From Nemertoderma westbladi (Eukaryota; Animalia; Xenacoelomorpha): DNA of 56,550 bases. The DNA lies in assembly GCA_032718475.1 (NCBI GenBank), contig JAUCBJ010004904.1, forward strand, positions 1-56,550, given 5' to 3'. The first letter of the stretch is position 1, and every line of letters begins with the position of its first letter. The position numbers and the translations under genes are program-made. A model generated the notes under the pieces. The model did no database searches. It had not been told where the DNA came from and saw nothing but the letters and a program-made list of their open reading frames with translations. Positions 47,825 through 56,550 of the stretch are shown here, piece after piece.

Positions 47825-49379
47825 CCCTATTAGTACCGGGCTATAAAATGTTGTACAAATACCGGGAGGGGGTCATATTGACCCCCCCCCCTCTAAAATC
47901 TACAAATATTTACAAAAACGTCTGATTTTTTGTTTGTACGTAGGTATCATTTGTCCTGATCCGACCGAAAAAAAAAATTTTCGAAAAAATGTACGGGGGT
48001 GGTTATATTGCAGCACCAAAATTACAAGTAGTGCACAATTTTCACCAAATTTGAAAGTTACATTTTCGGCTAATTATTTTTCAATACAGGTTTTCTGGGG
48101 TGCAAAATACATTGGAAAATATTAAAAAATTATATGATTACTATAAATGGCTGTTTAGTCCTCTCTGCGTATGAAAAAATGAAAAAAACAAGTAACCAGC
48201 ACTTTTCAGTTAGAACACAAAATTTTTAGTTCACTATACGATGCTATAAATTCACATCATCAGGTTTTCGAGGGCGCTGATTCTAATGGAATACATTTCT
48301 AATATGCCAGATCATTGCTACTTGTATTTTTCGGCGTTTTTTGGCAAATTTTGGTGCTAGCACCAAATTTCGTACCCATCACCAAAAAGTACAAGTTTGC
48401 GATGTCCAGTGCTGTTTTTATTGATTCCATCGGATTCAGGACCCTCCTAAACCCGTATAACGCAAGAAACAAGGTGATACTATCTACTTATCAATTTGCA
48501 TATTTTCCAAAATTTGGTGCTGGCACAACAATTTTCACCCACCGGCGAAAAATACAAGTTTGAGAACTCTTATGAAATTTTTACTGATTCCATTGAATTC
48601 AGAACCATCACAAACCCGTATAACGCAAGAAACAAAGTGACACAATCAATTGATATATTAGATGGTTTTCAAAATTTGGTGCTAGCACCACATTTTGCAC
48701 CCACATCCGAAAAATACAAGTTTGAGATGTCTTGTTCGATAATTATATTTTCCATTGAATTCAGAACAGCCATAAACCTCTAAAACGCAAGAAATAAGTT
48801 GTCACAAGCAATTTTATCTATTGAATGGATTTTCAAAATTTCGTGCTAGCACCAAAATTTGCACACAGCACCGAAAAATACAAGTTTGATACGCTTGCTG
48901 CAACTCGTATATATTTCATCGAATCCAGAAACCCAAAAAACCCCAATTGCGTAAAAAACAAGTTTCAAACGATCAATTTACAAAATTTACTTATTTCAAA
49001 ATTTGGTGCTGGCACCAAAATTTGGCACCCACCGAAAAAAACAAGTTTGAAATTTCTAAATCAATTTATATGAATTCCATCAAATTTCTAACACCAAAAA
49101 ACCGGTGTAAATAATAAATAGAGATGTTACAATTCATATTTAATGAAATGTAATTTTCAAAAAACGTCTCAAAAAAAGTGCCAAAAGTAGGGTTCAAAAA
49201 TGGTGCTATAACTCGAAAAGTACCCAATATTTTTGAAAACGGTTTTCACTACTAGGAAGACAATAGATTTTTAGGAAAAGTCATAAAATTTCAGATTCCC
49301 AACTGCGTTTGTTTCAGAATTATAATAAAAAAACCACGGGGGGGGTCATATTGACCCCCCCCCCCCGGGTTTAATAGGG
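47825..49379 (-). mobile_element. piggyBac-like non-autonomous element, copy B (inverted relative to copy A)
   Basis: TTAA|CCCTATTA ... TAATAGGG|TTAA; homologous to 33278-34709 along its length. Confidence 0.9.
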
Positions 49380-49577
49380 TTAACAAACCTTAGCAATAGC
49401 TGATAATCCTCTGTTTATCCCATAATATATAACAAATTAGAGAACAAATAGTTAGTTACAATATTAAACGACATGATAAGCTACCAATGAAAGTTAATCG
49501 AAAAAAAGACATAACAAAACTTCAAACTACATAGTTTTTGTACTAAAATACATTCGTTTTGCCCCAAATACTGTATA

Positions 49578-50407
49578 TGGATAGTTATAAAACCCGAAAA
49601 TAACGAAAATTACGAAATTATTAACGAAAATATCGAAATTATAAAACTTTAAATAAAATCTCACATTCCAGTGAGATCGGCATTATTAGAAGGCACACTT
49701 TACATTTGTTAATTAATAAAATCCGATATTTTCGCCCCATTTTCAACCCTAAAAGTAAATTAATTCCAAATACTGTCTCTTCTGTTGATTGGTTATTAGG
49801 AGTAATCCAATGATGCCAAAACACCACAAGAGGGCGCTCAAAATAGTACAGTACAGTCAGAGTGTAAGCCTACTGCAGTTACTGCATTGCGACAGAGGAC
49901 TGCAACCTCGGAATATAATAATACTGTAGAATGTAATTATAATCCCAATAATAAGCCTACACACTCGCCGCGCTGCACCACTTCCCTGGCAGTCACTGTA
50001 AAGTGTATACCTGTAACGCGAAGGTACCCTACGCCATAATGTGTGGAGTGTGTTGGGTTAGGGTACCGGCTGACCGGACCGGTTCCTTTAACTTTACCCT
50101 TTCAGGCTGTACCAACCTTGTAATACACCAGTTGACCAGTACACTGTCTGCTGATGCCGAATTGATTCATCCAAGCCGCCATTGGTCAACTCCCAACAAC
50201 CAACCAACAGACAGTATTTAGTATTAAATTACTTTTAAGGTCGAAAATGGGGCGAAACTAATCGATTATATTAATTAAAAAATGTAAAATGTGCCTTTAA
50301 ATAATACCTATCATACTGGAAAGCGAGATTTTGTAGATTGTTTTAGAATTTCGATAGTTTCGTTAATAATTTCGTTATTTCCGGGTTTCGGGTTTTATAA
50401 CTATCCC
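49578..50407. mobile_element. Foldback MITE with ~230-bp diverged TIRs (PIF/Harbinger-like)
   Basis: ATA|tGGATAGTTATAAAACCCGAAA ... TTTCGGGTTTTATAACTATCCC|ATA. Confidence 0.75.
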
Positions 50408-50500
50408 ATACACCATGGTCATTATTCTGGTACATGGACCCCCCCCCCAAATTTTTTTTACAAATCCTAATGAGATTGCATGAAATTTGAAACAGAGATA

Positions 50501-51503
50501 TAGGCGAGTCAATCTAGCCGAAAAAGGGGGTCAACCCATTACAAATTCGCAATTCATCCAAACCAATTTTTTTTTATTCTACATTACCTTGTTAATACCC
50601 CCAAAAAAGTCTATAAAAATATATTATGCGGATCACCTTCAATTTCCTGTTTCTTTCCTTAGCATCATGGATTTTACATAGCTTTTGGTGTGCTCTACGA
50701 GTTCTACCGTGTGAATTTTAAATCACTAAAATATATATACAAGAATACAAGAATACACGAATAGCAACAAGGTGTCTATTGGTGGGATTTTCTCCAAATT
50801 TGGTACAGACAAACTTTACTCTAATGACTATCGATTGACAGAAGTATGCACTTCTAGAAAGTTACCAATTTAGTTACCAGAGCAACGGATATTGTCTAAT
50901 AATTTAACCATTTTTAATACCAATTTTGCTGGTACAATATAGGAAGCTTATTTACACAACTTCTCTACTAAACGGGTGAACGTAACATCGCCCATCGGAT
51001 TTATCGGCCTCAAAAACCCTTATCCCCAAAAAATGTATTTGTTATATGATAAACTATTGTGGTTTCTAAACTAAAACAAATAAATAAATTACACCTAAAA
51101 TCAATAGAGCAATCACAATTGAAGTATGTGAAAAATCTTCACTAACATTAATGGAAATTATGAAATTTCCTTGCAGTGGAATTGTATAATTTTTTTACAA
51201 CAGTTAGCTTAATATATCGTGAAGTTTTTGATATATTTAAAAATTTGATGCGACTTCTAGTTTCCGAGATATAGCAATTAATGTGTAACACGCCAGTGTA
51301 AATATTACTAATTTCACATTGAATCACAGCTTATTGTGAAATTAATCAAATTATTCTGGAACATCACCAATTTGCTACTCTTACTTTTCCCTACTGTTCC
51401 TTTTGTGGGGCGAGCCACGAAGTTGGCGGAGCCTTAGCGAATTGACACTGTTAGGGGGTGGGTCAATTTATGCAAATAGTTGTCGTCGTCGTCGTTGTTG
51501 TCG

Positions 51504-51535
<32 letters not shown>

Positions 51536-52901
51536 GTCGTCGTCGTCGTTACGATTTTGACATGCTAATAACTTTGTCGGATTTAAAGCTGCCAAGTTGA
51601 AAATTTGTAGGTATCAATATGAGCAAAAGTTGAGATTTTTGAGAGACTTTCAGACACCATCAGTGCAATGGTCTCCCGCTAGAGGGCCACATGTCTAAAC
51701 ATTAAATGCCCTCCCATTTCTTTGCTTTTAATCCGTTTAAGCTGAAACTTGGCAGATATGTATTAGACCATTAGCTGTGACTTTCAAAGGAGGCGAATCC
51801 ATCTGCAGTTCTCCAGTCTGCCGCTAGAGGGCCAAAGGTCTGAAAGTGAAATCGTTGTCGTCGTTACGATTTTGACATGCTAATAACTTTGTCGGATTTA
51901 AAGCTGCCAAGTTGAAAATTTGTAGGTATCAATATGAGCTAAAGTTGAGATTTTTGAGAGACTTTCAGACACCATCAGTGCAATGGTCTCCCGCTAGAGG
52001 GCCACATGTCTAAACATTAAATGCCCTCCCATTTCTTTGCTTTTAATCCGTTTAAGCTGAAACTTGGCAGATATGTATTAGACCATTAGCTGTGACTTTC
52101 AAAGGAGGCGAATCCATCTGCAGTTCTCCAGTCTGCCGCTAGAGGGCCAAATGTCTGAAAGTGAAATCGTTGTCGTCGTTATGATATTGACATGCTTATA
52201 ACTTTGTCGAATTTAAAGCTGCCAAGTTGAAAATTTGTTTTGTTGAAAATCAGTTCAACAGTCACCCGCTATAGGACTACTTTATGCCTGAAAGTGAATA
52301 GATTCTCCCGTCTCATTGATTTTAATCAGTTTAAGCTGAATCTTGCCATATATTCTGGACCACATGCTGCGTCTTTGTGGGGGGGGGGGGGGGGGGGGGG
52401 GAGATTTAATCGGTCTGCCGCTATACGACGAAATTTCTGAAAGTGAGATCCGTCTCTCATTTCGTTATCCGTTATTCAAGATGAAACTTGGCCGATGTAC
52501 GTATGTACTATTCATCCATAGGCTGTGTCTTTGTGGGGCTGGAGACACTAATCCATCTTCAGTTCTCACTATACCGCTAGAGTCAGAAATGTCTGAATAG
52601 AAATGAAAGAGGTAAAAAGTGATTAGGCGAAATCTGCTTAAAATTTGCTAATACAGTAATACTTTCGAATTAGTACTGTACTTAAATTAAATTTAAGTCA
52701 CGTGCTGCGCGAAGGCCCCACTTCGTGTTTGGCTTGTGTTATGCAAATTTACGCAGAATTTCCATGAATAAACATATGATCCGCTAAATTAAATTTTGTA
52801 GACTTTTTTTTGGTCATTAATAAGATAATATAGAATCCAAAATGTGTGGATCGGATTGATTGCGAAATACTTATGGGTTTTTTGCTAGATTGACTCGACT
52901 A
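50501..52901. mobile_element. Non-autonomous TIR element with TAG...CTA ends and a 3-bp TSD (Academ-like)
   Basis: TAGGCGAGTCAATCTAGC / GCTAGATTGACTCGACTA (17/18 match); ATA duplicated relative to uninterrupted copies of the host MITE. Confidence 0.7.
51404..52727 (+). mobile_element. Helentron-associated (HINE-like) element with a (TCG)n microsatellite and 315-bp core tandem repeats
   Basis: T-run flanks; GTGGGGC / GCCCCAC subterminal inverted motif; (TCG)n at 51480-51549; repeat units start at 51551, 51866 and 52181. Confidence 0.65.
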
Positions 52902-54012
52902 ATAGTTTCACCTCCCTCCTCCTTACTGGGTGAACCAGAACTTTTGTTTTCGCTTTCGTTCTTTAGATACAAGCGTTTAAAAAAATTGTCTCCGTCGATA
53001 TTGCATCAGTTACATCCGCAGTTATTCTTCAAACTTTTAGTGATTTGTAGGTACTACTAGTGGAAAGCTGGCCATGCAAGGATTCCAAATATGTGAAAAT
53101 ATTTGAATTTGGTTGGGAAATAGCTGAGATATGGGCATTCGAAGGCAAATTTCCACCAATTGTTTACGTGGTATCCAATGATTGCCTTAAGTAATGTCTC
53201 CTTAGTGGACATTACTTAACACCGTCATGGGTTACCACGTAAACAATAACACCAAATACAATACTCTGTACAGGCCAATACAATGCTGTAATGTCCTCTA
53301 AAGTTTTAAAGTGCTAAATAACAACTCGGTGTTAATACTAACGGCGATGAGTAATGTTACAATTGTTGAAAAAAATTTATTGAATATTTTTCGGTGTAAA
53401 ATTGATTGAATATTTTTTTTTTCGGCGTAAAACTTTTGAATTTTTTTCCGGTGTAAAATATTGTGAATATTTATTCGGTGTAAAAATTATTGAATTTTTA
53501 TTCTACTTAAACTACATTATTTTTGTGTTAAGTTCTTAGTTTATCTTATATATAAACTATTGTCATTGTAAAGTTAATTAAATATATAGTTATGTTTGTG
53601 CTCTGTAGGTAGTTTGTTGTTTTGTATATTTAGTAGTGTGTGTCATTAGTGTCCGAACCATGAAAGGTAAATAAAATAAATAAATAAAATATTGAATATT
53701 GATTTGCGTTTTGGAGTTCGCCTTGCAGACACTAAAGTTACAATAACTTTTGATTGTGTGAATCGATTTTGCTCAAATTACAAACAAACGTTTTTTACTT
53801 CGATGCTCTTTCAATAATACATGACGTAATAAAATATTTTGAAGGGAATAAAGTAAAATTAATGGAATCCTATGAGTTATTTTTTTTTCCTTGGGAAAGA
53901 TGTACTCATTTTCTTCCGATTTTTGGATATATTCGAGCGAAAAGTAACAATAATTGAAGAATATAACTTATAATGTATATTTAATGACAAATAATTAAGT
54001 TAATATTCAAAG

Positions 54013-54164
54013 GTCGAATAATCGAATCGAAGTCGAAATTTTTAACCTGAGTCGAATCGAAATCGAATCGAAATTGTGCTGAATCGAATCGAAATCGAAT
54101 CGAAAAATATAAGGGAAATCGAAGACGAAAAATTACTTTCGATTCGATTCGATGCCAGTCCCTG
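54013..54164. repeat. (AATCG)n-rich repeat ending in CCCTG (hAT-like MITE end)
   Basis: Clustered tcgaatcgaa motifs; only one terminus seen. Confidence 0.45.
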
Positions 54165-54694
54165 GTTCGTGGTCCATAATGATTATATAATGTAGACCGA
54201 GGCTTGTCGGGTAGCTTAGTGTACACGTACAGCTTCTGTAGCTCACACAATCTTCTAAATTAAATTAATTAATTAATTAAATTAATCTTCACAATTAAAA
54301 TATCGTATTATTATACGTCGTAATAATTGATAACGCTGGTGATATTTTTTTCAAATAAAACAATATAAAAAAGTAACGGAAAACACTATTTTCCACTCAT
54401 TTTCTTTAGCGAGATATTCTGACCTCGTATGTTGAGTTTTCCACTCGTTGGAATTTTAACACACTTCTAAAAACCTGCCAACTCTTGTAAAACTCAACCA
54501 CTCGGATAGAATAGTTGGATTTCGCTAAATTGAAAATGTGTGAAAAAAGCTTACTTTTTTTTATCGAATAATAGTCCTATCATTACCCTAAAAAATAAAA
54601 TAATTCCGAAATAGGCCTACATACATTTTAACCAAAATAGTTTACTTTATTTTGACCCAAATAATTATCTTTCTGAAAAAAATAGCTAGGCCTA

Positions 54695-55229
54695 CACCAT
54701 GTCCTGGAATATAGTGTCGTTATTTTGGTACCTGTCCCCCCACCAAATTTTTCTACAAATCTTAATGAAATTGCATGAAATTTGAATCAGATTTAGTTTC
54801 ATCTCCCTCCTCCTTCCTGGGTGAGCCAGAATGTTTATTTTTGCGTTGGTTCTTTAGCTACAAGCGTTTAAAAAAAGTGTCTCCGTCGATATTGCACCAG
54901 TTACAGCACAGTCATTCTTCAACCTTATAGCGATTTGTAGATACTAGTGGACAGCTGTCCTTTCAAAGATTCCAAATATGTAAAATAATTGAATTTGGTT
55001 GGGAAATACCTGAATATTCGAATGTCGCATGTACTGACTTGCGCTGCAGGCCATTTATTCTATTTAATAAATACACAAGTTCTGGAATATTTTTCTTTAT
55101 GTAGGAAACTCCGTATACTGAATACTGAATACTTACATGGACGGCCTTGGGGTGAGGCTGCAGAATTTGGGCGACTGCTGGTTCCAGAGCTAGTACCAGA
55201 ATAACGACACTATATTCCAGGACATGGTG
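54695..55229. mobile_element. Complete Tc1/mariner-like MITE
   Basis: TA|CACCATGTCCTGGAATATAGTGTCGTTATT.TGGTAC 37-bp TIRs with 1 mismatch; TA on both sides. Confidence 0.92.
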
Positions 55230-56384
55230 TATGTACATTGTACAATGTACAATGTTCATACAGATAAATATAAATATTTGTATATATCAATAAAACAATT
55301 ATAAATCACATGTCACATTTACCCAAATCACTTTATTATTTTTAAACCCCATTCACCGCGGTTGCCCGGCGAATAAGTGATTTAGGGATTTATTTAACTA
55401 ATGTTAAATTTAATATTTTGATCTTTGCAATGTACGGTACAGTACAGTACAGTACACAGTACACCACCCCCCCCCCCCTTCCTGTTTTTTTATTTATTTA
55501 TATTATAGAACATTATCAACGGTAATAATATTACAATATTAAACATTACACTTATAATATAGAAAGTATTCTAGAACATAATTATTTAATGTTCTAGAAC
55601 ACAAATTGAACCCAATAATTTAAACAACGACTATCAGCTAGATTTTGGTTGCTTTGACAATAATTGGCTAGAGTTACGTATGGAGGGGGGGGGGGGGGGG
55701 GTATAGTATATACTGTTTTTCTATAAAGAGAAAATATTTACAACTAAATATGATATGTTTATATAATGAAGTTACATTGGGTGAAATATTGTGGAATATG
55801 TATAGCTGTACCGTTGTTAAACTCTTGTATATTATTTTTTTATTTTTCTAGAATTTTGTTTTCAAGAAATTATTATCCTTGGTTAATTTTTGATATTATA
55901 AAATTTTTTATATTTTTGAAGTGTGATGGGAGCGAAATATAGTTGTTACTGGTTGATCCCCCTATAAATGCTGTTGATCTTGCCATGGCACACAATTGAT
56001 GTATAAAACCTGTTTTGGATTATCTAGGCAATGGATAAAAATCCGCCAAATCTATCTACCAGAATATAATAAAAGCTGAAGAATCGGCAAATAAGCATAT
56101 TACCCCCCACACCAAAAAATATAGTATGTGCCATGTCAAGACTCTGATGTCACTTGTTAGTGAGAAGATCTTATTAAGAGGGGGGGGGGGGGGGGGGGGG
56201 GGGGTACTGGCTTGGAAGTCGATATTTTGAAATGCTTACTTCACCAAGATACATTTTGGGGGGTAGACTGTTGAATTGTAATTGAACTGATGACGCCCCT
56301 AGCGGTCAGAGTTACTTTCTAATTGTACTATTTTTCAAAATAATTATTTTTATTATTGCGCACTCTAGTAGCTTTCATTTGTAA

Positions 56385-56550
56385 AGCCCGGTTTCCATGA
56401 TGCCATATAACTAGTAGCTTCGAGCTAGTAACTACTGGCTCGTCGCCAATAGCTACTAGCCGCGGCCACTAGCTCTTGGCCGTAACTAGTGGCTACTTGC
56501 CACGAAACAAATAGCTACTGACCGCGAAGCTACTAGCTATTTGCGCGAGG
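56385..56550. mobile_element. Probable Harbinger-like MITE end running off the window
   Basis: TAA|AGCCCGGTTTCCA terminus followed by gctactag/ctagtagc subrepeats. Confidence 0.4.

Larger units (their letters stand above)
50411..53370 (+). mobile_element. Tc1-like element split into 50411-50500 and 52902 onward by a nested insertion
   Basis: Joining the two pieces reproduces the collinear sequence seen in 54695-55020; right boundary approximate. Confidence 0.75.

Overview
AT-rich, repeat-dense eukaryotic DNA, most likely from an invertebrate animal; the species cannot be named from sequence alone. Host-type genes: an apparently intact LITAF-domain gene (+, 5102-5518) and a disrupted ABCA-subfamily transporter (-). 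The ABCA gene has exon 1 at 47596-47805, a ~15 kb TE-filled intron, and one giant exon (25971-32414). That exon carries a 46-bp frameshifting duplication, a second frameshift, and a 1.85 kb antisense insertion of an intronless ATAD2 3' fragment. Retroelements: an intact-looking CRE-clade (RT + restriction-like endonuclease) non-LTR element whose ORF begins with a translated 30-bp array and has a ~120-aa repeat-derived insert inside the RT core; a BEL/Pao derivative that keeps Gag-protease but has lost RT/RNase H and integrase through two in-frame deletions; and several decayed RTE- and L2/CR1-like LINE pieces. Non-autonomous DNA elements include piggyBac-like, Tc1-like, Harbinger-like, Academ-like and Helentron-like types, some nested. 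Also present: minisatellites, a candidate minimal hammerhead ribozyme (25314-25348), and an unexplained 3 kb unit (20854-23911) bounded by 168-bp inverted repeats with divergent orphan and RT reading frames. All family assignments rest on motif recognition by eye, not on database searches.
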